From Planctomycetota bacterium (GTDB lineage: Bacteria; Planctomycetota; Planctomycetia; Pirellulales; Pirellulaceae): a DNA stretch of 64,000 nucleotides. Of this stretch, positions 27,582 through 37,229 are shown piece by piece (position 1 is the stretch's first letter; every line of letters starts with the position of its first letter). Position numbers and translations under genes: made by a program. Location: the NCBI GenBank assembly GCA_036339635.1, contig JAYZAR010000043.1, positions 10,906-74,905 of the forward strand. Direction: 5' to 3'. The notes beneath the pieces are model-generated. The model did not search any database, was not told the origin of the DNA, and saw only the letters and a program-made list of their open reading frames with translations.

Positions 27582-30500
27582 ATGTTTTTTCGCATCGTCA
27601 CACCATCCCATTCGTTCCTCTGGGCCTTGTTGATCGCGGTCTGTTGTTCACCGGACCGATTGTGTGCGGAGACGAAGTCGTGGCCATTTCGTCCTGTTGC
27701 CGAACCGACTGTACCGACCACAACGCGGGTGGACTGGAAGTCGAATGACGTTGATTCCTTCATTCAAGAAAAGTTGGATGAGGCGGGAATCGAGCCCGCA
27801 CCCATGGCGGATAAGACCACTCTGGCGCGGCGTCTCTACCTTGACCTCATTGGGTTACCACCCACTCCGGAGGAGTTGTCGTCGTTTTTAGCCGATTCGA
27901 CGCCTGATGCCTACGAGAAATTGGTCAACCAGTTGCTGGATGATCCACGTTACGGAGAGCATTGGGCGCGATTCTGGTTGGATCTCGCCCGATACGCGGA
28001 TACGGCGGGCTACGAAGGTGATCCCGATTTGCCGCATGCATGGCGATACCGTGACTACGTTATCGATTCACTGAATCGTGACAAACCGTATGATCAATTC
28101 ATTCGCGAGCAATTAGCGGGCGACGAATTGGTTGATATCACGGGTGCTGGAGAATTGCCGAATCCACCGGCCGAAAATCTCGTGGCGCTGACGTTTCTGC
28201 GACTCGCGCCATTCACCGAACCGCGTGGCGACGAATCCCGCCACGAAATGCTCAGTGAAATGACCTCAACGGTCAGTAGTGTCTTTCTGGGTCTAACGGT
28301 CGGCTGTGCAAAATGCCATGATCACAAATACGATCCGATTCCGATCGAAGATTTCTATCGAATGAAGGCGTTCTTTGCGACGGTTCAGATTCCTCCACCG
28401 CTTCGCGGAGATGCCTTTCAAATTGGTGGTCCCACACCGACTGCGTTTTACCGCGAAGGTGAAGCGGAATGGGCCACGAAGAAAACCCAAGAGCTTCGCA
28501 GCCAGGCGGACGCAGCAAAGCAAAAGCTGCCCGCACTCATTGAACGTTTGAACCAAAGGCTCGGCGTTTTTGCAGGTTTTGGAATTCAGTCCCTCGGCGG
28601 TGATTTCGGGAATGACTATTTCTTTGACCAGCGTTTGGTAACTGATGACCAAACCCATATCACGGTAGTGAATGCGGACAAGAATCGCTGGTTTTTTTTT
28701 ACGGACGCACGTCCGTCAACGAGGCAAGGAAGTCTGGCAGGCGCGAATCGTGGTCATTGGTATTCGGGCATCAAGCAGCCAACGTACGCGTCGCTTGGCG
28801 CTGCAACCAACGGTAACGGTAAACCGGAGGCAGCATTCTTTAACGGAAAGCTCGCGCATTTGTTGGTGTTCAACCGTCCGTTAAGCGAAGAGGAGATCGA
28901 ATTGCCGGTCAGCTCACTTTCGCAATTAGAAGGACTCCGTTTGTGGCTGGATGCTTCCGATTTGGATGGCGATCCCAGAACCACGAATTCGACCGGTCAA
29001 GATTTTTTCACTCAGGATTCTGAGGGGAGGCGGAAGATTGAGCAGTGGCGGGCGAAAGTGGGGCAACTCACATTGCGCCAATCGGATCCTGCACTGCAAC
29101 CAATGCTCTCAACGTTGCCAGGTTCGGATACGCCCGCTGTTGAATTTGAGGATGATTTTCTGTCAGGCGATCCTCAATTCCTGAAGATGCTGAAGGATGC
29201 AACAGGCTCAATCGTGACTGTTTTCTCTAGCCGTGATCAGGATGAATCCTATTTATTTGAAATCGGTGGTCAGGGACAATTTATCGCGACTTTCGTCAAT
29301 CCAATAGCAAAGATTGATGGTGGCATCGAAGATGTCATCAACGATGTGACAGACGATCGAATCACCGCCGAGGAACGCCAGGAAGTTCAATCGCTCAGAA
29401 ACTTGGAAAAATTTTTGCCTCGGCAACTGAAACGCTTGCAACCGATGGCGATGACTTTACGCCACTCCATCGGTCCGCCCTACGAACCGGGTGTACCAAC
29501 CTCACGCGTGATGCTGCGCGGTCACTGGAATGACCCCGGAAAAGAAGTGGAGCCTGGTTTTCTAAGTGCGATTACTGGGAACCAATCACCGGCACCGCTT
29601 CGACTCGATACCTTCAAACGCTGGCCGACCCGAAGTCGCCGGAAAGCGTTGGCCGATTGGATTGCGTCGCCGTCCAATCCGCTCACAGCCCGTGTGATCG
29701 TGAATCGTCTGTGGTATCGACATTTCGGCCGAGGGATTGTCGAAACACCGAGTGATTTTGGCAATCTCAGCGAGGGGGCATCGCACGAAGCATTGCTTGA
29801 TTACTTGGCTTCCCTGTTGATCAAAAACCAGTGGAGCCTAAAGTCAATCCACCGGATGATCTGCAACAGCAGCACATACCGGCAAAGATCGGCCCGGGCA
29901 GATGAGCAGGCATCGAAGCGAGATCCGGCGAATGTGCTGCTATGGCGTTTTCCGCTGAGAAGATTGGGGGCGGAGGTGGTGCGTGATCGGATTTTGCACG
30001 TCAGCGGGCGGTTGAATGAAGAGCATTTTGGGTTGCCGATTTTTCCTCCGTTGCCCGATGCGATTGAACAACGGGTTCGCTACGACAATTCGAAGTGGGC
30101 GACGCAATATGGACCGGAAGGGCGCAAACGGAGTATTTACATTTATCAACAACGGACCTTGAACATGCCGATGCTGCAAGTCTTCGACGCACCGGTTTGT
30201 GATCAATCGCGCCCGAAGCGTTTGGAGAGTACGACGCCGCTGCAAGCATTGGCACTTTATAATGGTCCATTGGTGACCACCGAGGTGCCGTATTTCGCTG
30301 ATCGCGTTATTGCAGAGGCAGGCGAGGAGCCTATCGACCGGATTCGATATGCGATTCAGGTTGCATGGTGCCGTGTCGCGAAACCCGAAGAGATTCAACA
30401 GTTGGCCGATCATTACTCCCAATTTGATAATGATCGAGAGGCGATGATCAGTGTTTGTCGGATCCTGTTAAATTCGAGTGAGTTTCTGTATTTGAATTAG
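27582..30500 (+). CDS. DUF1549 + DUF1553 (PSD1) protein with LamG-like insertion
   Basis: 'RRLYLDLIGLPP', 'YGEHWARFWLDLARYADT', CAKCHDHKYDP, 'NPLTARVIVNRLW', 'TTPLQAL', 'LLNSSEFLY'. Insert 'FNGKLAHLLVFNRPLS..LRLWLDASD'. Confidence 0.93.
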   Translation: MFFRIVTPSHSFLWALLIAVCCSPDRLCAETKSWPFRPVAEPTVPTTTRVDWKSNDVDSFIQEKLDEAGIEPAPMADKTTLARRLYLDLIGLPPTPEELSSFLADSTPDAYEKLVNQLLDDPRYGEHWARFWLDLARYADTAGYEGDPDLPHAWRYRDYVIDSLNRDKPYDQFIREQLAGDELVDITGAGELPNPPAENLVALTFLRLAPFTEPRGDESRHEMLSEMTSTVSSVFLGLTVGCAKCHDHKYDPIPIEDFYRMKAFFATVQIPPPLRGDAFQIGGPTPTAFYREGEAEWATKKTQELRSQADAAKQKLPALIERLNQRLGVFAGFGIQSLGGDFGNDYFFDQRLVTDDQTHITVVNADKNRWFFFTDARPSTRQGSLAGANRGHWYSGIKQPTYASLGAATNGNGKPEAAFFNGKLAHLLVFNRPLSEEEIELPVSSLSQLEGLRLWLDASDLDGDPRTTNSTGQDFFTQDSEGRRKIEQWRAKVGQLTLRQSDPALQPMLSTLPGSDTPAVEFEDDFLSGDPQFLKMLKDATGSIVTVFSSRDQDESYLFEIGGQGQFIATFVNPIAKIDGGIEDVINDVTDDRITAEERQEVQSLRNLEKFLPRQLKRLQPMAMTLRHSIGPPYEPGVPTSRVMLRGHWNDPGKEVEPGFLSAITGNQSPAPLRLDTFKRWPTRSRRKALADWIASPSNPLTARVIVNRLWYRHFGRGIVETPSDFGNLSEGASHEALLDYLASLLIKNQWSLKSIHRMICNSSTYRQRSARADEQASKRDPANVLLWRFPLRRLGAEVVRDRILHVSGRLNEEHFGLPIFPPLPDAIEQRVRYDNSKWATQYGPEGRKRSIYIYQQRTLNMPMLQVFDAPVCDQSRPKRLESTTPLQALALYNGPLVTTEVPYFADRVIAEAGEEPIDRIRYAIQVAWCRVAKPEEIQQLADHYSQFDNDREAMISVCRILLNSSEFLYLN

Positions 30501-30675
30501 TCAATCTGCATTTTCAATTTGACGAGCGAGCATGAGGATCAGACGGCTTTGTGCGTCGATTTCTGGCGTCCTCGAGGCCCGCTTGGGGTATGGTTGTCCC
30601 CTGTGCATGATCGCTTTCTTCGGATCATTTGAATCGTTTTTCGTTAACACTCACGAACTTACCACCTGACTTACC

Positions 30676-32091
30676 ATGTTGAATCGACGTGCTTGGCTGG
30701 CGAACATTCATAATGGGCTAGGCGCGTTGGCGTTGGCGGATGTATTGCAAGCTGCGGGGCCGGCGACCAATCCCTACACACCCAAGACGCCTCATCTGCC
30801 TCGCAAAGCCAAGCGTTGCATCTTTCTGTTCATGCAGGGAGGTGTCAGCCAGATGGATTCCTTCGAATTCAAGCCTGAATTGACTAGGCTGCATGGGAAA
30901 CGTGTCCCGGGATCCCATCACGTGGAGGGTGAGCTGCAGGGTCGGCTCACCCATGCTCATTCAATCGTTGGAAGTCCGTTTCGATTTTCGCAGCATGGTC
31001 AGTCAGGCCGGTATCTGTCCGAGCTATTTCCGCGGCTTGCTGGCCACGTTGATGACTTGGCGTTCGTTCATGGAATCGAAACAGAAAATCCAAACCATGG
31101 ACCATCGACGTTGCAGGTGATGACTGGCAGTCAGTTTCCCGGTAGCGCTTCGGTTGGCAGTTGGATCAGTTATGGCTTGGGGACTGAGAATGCCAATATG
31201 CCGGGATACGTCGTGATCCAAGATCCCCGTGGGGCGCCTGTCAATGGTGGCCATGTGTGGGGGAATGGTTACTTGCCGGCAGCATTCCAGGGAACGCTAC
31301 TGCGGAATGAAGGATCGCCGATTTTGAATTTAACGCGGCCGTCGGGGATTAGCGACCAATCGCAGCGGGCAGAACTTGAACAACTGCGCAAGCTAAATCA
31401 ACGGTTTAACAACCAATACCCAGAGTCAACCGAATTGGAAGCGCGGATCGCTAGTTATGAGTTGGCTTTTCGGATGCAGACGGAGGCTCCAGAGTTGGTT
31501 GATCTATCGAGTGAACCGGATCATATTCGCCAACTTTATGGCTTGGATGATTCTCGCACGGCCGGTTTTGGAACACAGTGTCTGATGGCGCGTCGAATGG
31601 CAGAGAGTGGAGTTCGATACACGCTGTTAGTTCATGGCGTTCAGATTAACTCAAACAGTTGGGATGATCATGGCGATGTGAAGGGCGGGATGACCCGTCA
31701 TTCTCAAGAAGTAGACCAACCGGTCGCGGGTTTATTGGCTGATCTCAAGCAGCGAGGGATGTTGGAGGAGACGTTGGTGGTGTGGGCTTCCGAAATGGGC
31801 CGGACACCTTTTGTTCCAGGTGACGTTGGAAACAAACCAGGCCGTGATCACAACAAGTATGGTCTCGTGATGTGGATGGCCGGCGGAGATACGCGGGGCG
31901 GAGCGACGGTGGGGGCAACCGATGATTTCTCACTGCGGGCTGCCGGAGAACCAATTCCGATTCGTGACGTGCATGCCACCATCTTGGACCTGATGGGATT
32001 GGATGACGAGCAATTACGTTATCTTCATGCCGGGCGACTCCGTCGCCTGACCGATATTGGTGGCTACGTCTTGAAAGATTTGATTCTTTAA
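30676..32091 (+). CDS. DUF1501 family protein (Tat signal)
   Basis: 'NRRAWL', 'KAKRCIFLFMQGGVSQMDSF', WDDH, 'SEMGRTP', GRDH. Confidence 0.93.
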   Translation: MLNRRAWLANIHNGLGALALADVLQAAGPATNPYTPKTPHLPRKAKRCIFLFMQGGVSQMDSFEFKPELTRLHGKRVPGSHHVEGELQGRLTHAHSIVGSPFRFSQHGQSGRYLSELFPRLAGHVDDLAFVHGIETENPNHGPSTLQVMTGSQFPGSASVGSWISYGLGTENANMPGYVVIQDPRGAPVNGGHVWGNGYLPAAFQGTLLRNEGSPILNLTRPSGISDQSQRAELEQLRKLNQRFNNQYPESTELEARIASYELAFRMQTEAPELVDLSSEPDHIRQLYGLDDSRTAGFGTQCLMARRMAESGVRYTLLVHGVQINSNSWDDHGDVKGGMTRHSQEVDQPVAGLLADLKQRGMLEETLVVWASEMGRTPFVPGDVGNKPGRDHNKYGLVMWMAGGDTRGGATVGATDDFSLRAAGEPIPIRDVHATILDLMGLDDEQLRYLHAGRLRRLTDIGGYVLKDLIL

Positions 32092-32251
32092 GGATTCCGC
32101 TGGTTCGCTTCACGTTCGATGTCTTTGCGTAGCACGAAGTTTGCGACGCAAGAAGTTAGCAATGGAAACGCTGCGCGATCTGTGATTCACATTGGTCAGG
32201 GGCAAACTGCAAAATAACAGCCCTGCAGATTGCTTTCTCGCACCAAGGTGG

Positions 32252-33226
32252 CTACTTGAGTTTTAATCGATAAGCCGTCGACGCATTCTGCCAGAAAAAA
32301 CTTTCAGCGGCAGCTTGGTCTTTGTCAGCGAAATAGGCACTGACGAGCTTCACAAAGCTTGCGTAATCACCTGTCTTTTTTGTCACCGGCCAATTGCTAC
32401 CGTAAATCAACCGCTCACTACCAAATGCGTTCCAAAGAATATCGAGCAAGCCTTGAAAGTATTCGATCGATTGGGGAGCCGGTTGGGTTGTTGATCGTTG
32501 ATACAAGCCAGAAATCTTGACCGAGACGTTGGGGTGCTTGGACAGTCGCTTGACGGCATCGATCCAGGTTTGGTTTGGCAGCTTGCCATCAATGTTGTAG
32601 CCGAGCACGTGGTTGACGATGATCCTCAGTTTCGGAACCGCGCCGGCGATACGACTAACTTCATCGATTGTTTCCGGTCCCTCTGCGTTCATCAAAACAT
32701 CGAGGGCCAGGCCAGCGTCGGCGAGGTATCGAAGGTTTTTCAGCAACTGTGGATTACTGCTGATTCCTACGCCGCGATTCATCAAGTGGAAGCGAATGCC
32801 AACGAAACGGGGGTCCGCCTTCATTCGGTCCAGGTTTTTTTGAAACGATGGTTTGAGAGGATCGAGGTTGCCAACCAAACCGACAAAGAAATCGTCGTCA
32901 TCAACCAAGTCAAGGACCCAGTCGTTGTCATCGACGCGGGGGCTTGCTTCAACGATGACGACACCGGTCACACCAGCTGGTTTCGCGACCCTGTGGAATT
33001 CGGCCGGTAGATGTGGTGTGTGCAAAATCTGGTCGTCAGTCGGCGGCCATGGAACGGAGTTGGGGTGATCAGAATCGTAGACCTCACGCGTTGTATCGTA
33101 GAGATGAATGTGAGTATCGATCAGATGCTTTACGTTTAGTTGGGAGTTGCTTTGTTGAGCCAGGGCTGGCGATAGACCGCCAACGCCCATGGCAACGTAA
33201 ATTCCTACAAGTGACAGAGGTCGCAT
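32252..33226 (-). CDS. Amidohydrolase_2 family protein (L-fuconolactonase-like), secreted
   Basis: 'IDTHIH', 'VIVEAS', 'IVNHV', 'VKISG', 'YGSNWPV'. Signal peptide from ATG 33226. Confidence 0.88.
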   Translation of the reverse strand: MRPLSLVGIYVAMGVGGLSPALAQQSNSQLNVKHLIDTHIHLYDTTREVYDSDHPNSVPWPPTDDQILHTPHLPAEFHRVAKPAGVTGVVIVEASPRVDDNDWVLDLVDDDDFFVGLVGNLDPLKPSFQKNLDRMKADPRFVGIRFHLMNRGVGISSNPQLLKNLRYLADAGLALDVLMNAEGPETIDEVSRIAGAVPKLRIIVNHVLGYNIDGKLPNQTWIDAVKRLSKHPNVSVKISGLYQRSTTQPAPQSIEYFQGLLDILWNAFGSERLIYGSNWPVTKKTGDYASFVKLVSAYFADKDQAAAESFFWQNASTAYRLKLK

Positions 33227-33529
33227 CCGATTGTTTCCTAAGCGAAGGTGGGTGAACGGAACGCCATAGGATACTTTGACTGAGCCAGTGGTGTTAGCTT
33301 TCGAGTCGGCAGCGAAAAAGGCCACAATAGAGACTCCCTGCCTGCGGCGTCGCTCCGAGGTAGCCTCGGCGACGGAAATTTGAGCCTAAAGGTCGCGGGT
33401 GACGCGTGTCCTTGCGGGACTCGCGAAACGCGTGTTAGGCGGAAAGCCAGTTACTTCGGCTGAAAGAGCGTTTCAGGTCAGTAGCCCTTGTGAAGCGGTA
33501 GCAAAGGCCCGCGCGATCTGTGAAGAAGG

Positions 33530-33574
33530 GAAATCTGCACAGGAGAAATCTGCACAGGAGAAATCTGCCTGGGG
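33530..33574 (+). repeat. Tandem repeat 15 bp x3
   Basis: GAAATCTGCACAGGA twice plus GAAATCTGCCTGGGG. Confidence 0.85.
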
Positions 33575-33600
33575 AAGACCCGCGCGGGGATGCATAGCGA

Positions 33601-33960
33601 CTAGCGATTTTGCGACAGTTGTTTGAATTGCGGCATCGTGTTCTGCAGGGTTTCGGTGAGGTCTTGTCGCACGGCAGGGCTGAGGTGTTCGAATTCGGGA
33701 GACATGTCTTTGCCGGAAAGAATGTCATTCAGGCGACCCAGAATGGGGCGACGGACTTCGCGAGGCAATTGCGTAAAAGCGGGCGAGTAGAGCAGGTAGC
33801 TACAAGGGTATACGAACAAACGCGTTGCGAGGTTGAATTCGCGCAGCGATCTGCCAGCCGAATCATGTTTGCCACGGGCGGTGAACTTGTTTGCGAATTC
33901 CGGTGTTCTGACGTCCCGATCGGTCAGGGTAAATACATCGCACATCAACAAGTGCCAGTA
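33601..33960 (-). pseudogene. C-terminal remnant of a conserved planctomycete hypothetical protein
   Basis: 'F.ARG..DSAGRSLREFNLATRLFVYPCSYLLYSPAF..LP' matches the C-terminus of a larger PVC family as I recall it. The N-terminal part is absent. Confidence 0.6.
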
Positions 33961-34218
33961 GAAAACAGGCAACGAGGTACAGGTGGCTGTTGATCTTTTT
34001 GGAGAACCGTCGTGAAATGGGAGTTTGAGTCAATTGCATGTGAATCTGTTGAACGCACATCGTGGTGCGCATTGGTACTAAATCTTCAAAAGTACACCTG
34101 AGGGCATAGAGTTTAGGTGCGGACATCAAGTTGTTTTTGCCAGTCGCTAGGCTCCTGCTGGATTCAATGGCTAGCGAGGCCGTACACTGGCAGTAACGTT
34201 TGATCTGAGGTGAGAGCG

Positions 34219-35679
34219 ATGTGGAACAATTCAGCCTGGGGTGGCCATGCGGGTCACGCCTTTACCAGTTTTGGTGCGACGCAACCGGAGGGACTCTGTT
34301 TCAGTAGTCGCCGCAACCTGTTCAAGGCGTCGATGGCGGGACTGGCGGGATTGTCGTTGCCGCACTTGTTGCGTCAGCGGGCATGGTCTGCCGAGGGAGT
34401 CAAGGCAACGTCATCGCGGCGCAGTGTGATTTTGCTGTGGATGACCGGTGGGCCAAGCCAAATTGATATATGGGACATGAAGCCTGATCGCCCGCTGGAA
34501 AACCGTGGTCCTTTTTCGCCTATTTCGACGGCGATTCCAGGTGAATTCATCTGTGAGCATCTGCCGCGGCAGGCAGCCATGCTGGATAAGTTCACGATCA
34601 TCCGTTCGGTCGATTGTCGGCAAAGCAGTCATGAACCAAATCAAGTTATGCAGACGGGGCATTTGGAGGCGGCACCGCGGGTGAATCCGAAAGGGGATCG
34701 TTATCCGGCGATTGGGTCGATCGTGGGTAAGTTTCGGGGGGCGAATCACCCAGACATTCCACCATACATCGCGTTTCAGCGGTCACCCTCGCATATTGCC
34801 TACGCTGGGCACTTAGGTCAGCAGCACAATCCTTTCATCGCAAATCAAGCAGCGAAGCTTCCCATCTACGATTTGGTCGGCAAGGACACGGGCAAGGTTT
34901 CGAGTCCTGAGATGTTTCGGATGCCGCGAAATTTGGATTTTGAACGTATTGATCAGCGATTAGGTTTGCTCCGAGAATTGGACCAAATGCGTCGTGAATT
35001 AGACGTCTCGGGAACGATGGCGGCAATGGATGCTTATCAGCAACAAGCGGTCGATATGTTGACGGGTGGGCGAGTCCAGACAGCGCTTGATATGATGTCA
35101 GAACCGGAGTCAATTCGGCAGAAGTACGGTTCCCATCTTTGGTGTCAGCAGGCTTTGTTGGCGCGGCGGTTGGTGGAAGCGGGCACTGCCTTTGTGACGA
35201 TTGATCTGAGTTATCACACCGCGTCGGGCACTTGGGATAACCATGGGGACAATATCCCGCCCTACGGTGGGATATCGAAAGGTCTTCGTCCGCTCTTGCC
35301 GCTGTTCGACCATTTGATCACGACACTGGTGAACGATTTAGATGAGCGGGGCCTGCTGGATGACGTTTTAGTCATTGCGATGGGGGAGTTCGGACGGACG
35401 CCGCAACTTGGGACTCAGGGAAGTACGGATGGTCGGAATCATTGGCCGCATGTGATGTCGATGTGTTTGGCCGGTGGGGGAATGCGACATGGGCAAGTGA
35501 TTGGTTCGACAGAAGCAGATGGTGGTGCAATCAAGAGTCGACCGGTGACACCGGCTGACTTGGCAGCGACAATTTATCATCACATGCAAGTTCCATTACA
35601 TACGACGTATGCGGATGACCGCGGACGTCCGATTTTTATTGTGCAACAGAACGGAAAGCCGATCTCGGAATTACTTTGA
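34219..35679 (+). CDS. DUF1501 family protein (Tat signal)
   Basis: 'SSRRNLFK', 'ILLWMTGGPSQIDIWDMKP', WDNH, 'MGEFGRTP', GRNHW. Confidence 0.93.
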   Translation: MWNNSAWGGHAGHAFTSFGATQPEGLCFSSRRNLFKASMAGLAGLSLPHLLRQRAWSAEGVKATSSRRSVILLWMTGGPSQIDIWDMKPDRPLENRGPFSPISTAIPGEFICEHLPRQAAMLDKFTIIRSVDCRQSSHEPNQVMQTGHLEAAPRVNPKGDRYPAIGSIVGKFRGANHPDIPPYIAFQRSPSHIAYAGHLGQQHNPFIANQAAKLPIYDLVGKDTGKVSSPEMFRMPRNLDFERIDQRLGLLRELDQMRRELDVSGTMAAMDAYQQQAVDMLTGGRVQTALDMMSEPESIRQKYGSHLWCQQALLARRLVEAGTAFVTIDLSYHTASGTWDNHGDNIPPYGGISKGLRPLLPLFDHLITTLVNDLDERGLLDDVLVIAMGEFGRTPQLGTQGSTDGRNHWPHVMSMCLAGGGMRHGQVIGSTEADGGAIKSRPVTPADLAATIYHHMQVPLHTTYADDRGRPIFIVQQNGKPISELL

Positions 35680-35725
35680 TTGGGTTTTCGTTATAGGGAT
35701 TGTTCTTAATTGAGGTTTTAAGTTG

Positions 35726-37168
35726 ATGAAACGTCGGGAATTTATGGCGGGTATGACCGCTTCGACAATCGCGGGTGGCCTGGCGAATTTGCGTGGGGAT
35801 CAGCCGAAGCATGGAGATCACGCGGTACACGCAGAGTGCCATCCAACTTATGCAACGATTCAAGACGCGATCAATTCACCACGGGAAAAATTTGCGTTTG
35901 TTCCGGCAATCTATGTCGGTACTAAACAGTCTTGCCCCGATTACATGGCAACGGTCGACGTTGATCCAATGTCACCGACGTACAGCCAAGTCGTTGGTCG
36001 CTTTTCAATGCCAAACATTGGCGACGAACTTCACCATTACGGATGGAATGCTTGCAGCAGTTGTCACGGTGAAGGACACCGAAGGTACTTGGTCGTACCC
36101 GGTTTGGCGTCTGGTAATATCTACATCGTCGATGCAGTTGACCCGGTCAATTTGAAACTTCACAAAACCATCTCGGGTGCCGAGATCGCCCGTCAAACCA
36201 ATCTTTCAACACCTCACACGGTTCATTGCCGCGCGGACGGTGTAATGATGATTTCGATGTTGGGTGATGCTGCTGGTAACGCGCCTGGGGGATTCTTAGA
36301 AATTGATTCAAATTTCGAGATTAGTGGGCGATGGGAAAAATCGCTCGACGGGATGAACTTCAATTACGATTTTTGGTATCAGCCGCGACATGATGTCATG
36401 ATCAGCAGCGAGTGGGCGGCCCCCAATACCGTTAAGAACGGTTTCAAGTTGGAGGATGTCGAGGGGGGTAAGTTTGGGCACCATCTGCATTTTTGGGACT
36501 GGTCAAAGCGTAAGATCGCTCAGTCGATTGATCTTGGAGCCGATGGAATGATTCCGTTGGAGGTGCGTTTTCACCACGATCCAGAGAGTACGCATGGTTT
36601 CGTTGGTGCCGCGCTCAGTAGCGCCGTTTTTCATTGGCAAAAAACAGGGGGTGAGTGGAAAGCGAATAAGATTATCCAGGTCGATCCTGTCGAAACGGAG
36701 GGTTGGCCTTTTCCAGTGCCGGGATTGATTACTGACATCGTGTTGTCGCTCGATGACAAATTCTTATACTTCTCGGATTGGTTGCACGGCGACATTCGCC
36801 AGTACGATATCTCCGATCCAGATAATCCTCGACTCACCGGCCAAGTTTGGCTCGGTGGTGTGATTGGTCATGCTCCGGCATGGGGTGATCGGTCGCTGAC
36901 CGGTGGGCCACAGATGTTGCAACTCAGTCTTGATGGTAAACGACTGTACGTCACCAGCAGTCTGTACAGCGTTTGGGATAACCAGTTCTATCCGAAGATG
37001 GCCGAACAGGGTTCATGGTTGCTTCAATTGGATTGCGATACTGATCGTGGGGGATTGAAGCTCAACGACCGATTTTTTGTCGATTTTGGAGCTGAGCCCA
37101 ATGGACCGGCCCGTGCACACGAGATTCGTTTTCCGGGTGGAGACAGCACTTCGGATATTTGGGTCTAG
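35726..37168 (+). CDS. Selenium-binding protein SBP56 / SELENBP1-type methanethiol oxidase homolog
   Basis: 'DELHHYGWNACSSC', 'PHTVHC', 'YDFWYQPRH..ISSEW', 'GGPQMLQLSLDGKRLYVT', 'AHEIRFPGGDSTSDIW'. Confidence 0.93.
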   Translation: MKRREFMAGMTASTIAGGLANLRGDQPKHGDHAVHAECHPTYATIQDAINSPREKFAFVPAIYVGTKQSCPDYMATVDVDPMSPTYSQVVGRFSMPNIGDELHHYGWNACSSCHGEGHRRYLVVPGLASGNIYIVDAVDPVNLKLHKTISGAEIARQTNLSTPHTVHCRADGVMMISMLGDAAGNAPGGFLEIDSNFEISGRWEKSLDGMNFNYDFWYQPRHDVMISSEWAAPNTVKNGFKLEDVEGGKFGHHLHFWDWSKRKIAQSIDLGADGMIPLEVRFHHDPESTHGFVGAALSSAVFHWQKTGGEWKANKIIQVDPVETEGWPFPVPGLITDIVLSLDDKFLYFSDWLHGDIRQYDISDPDNPRLTGQVWLGGVIGHAPAWGDRSLTGGPQMLQLSLDGKRLYVTSSLYSVWDNQFYPKMAEQGSWLLQLDCDTDRGGLKLNDRFFVDFGAEPNGPARAHEIRFPGGDSTSDIWV

Positions 37169-37229
37169 GCGGAAGGACAGCTTTGATTGATTTGTTTGCA
37201 AGTGACCAAAACGTGTTGGGGAATTCCGA

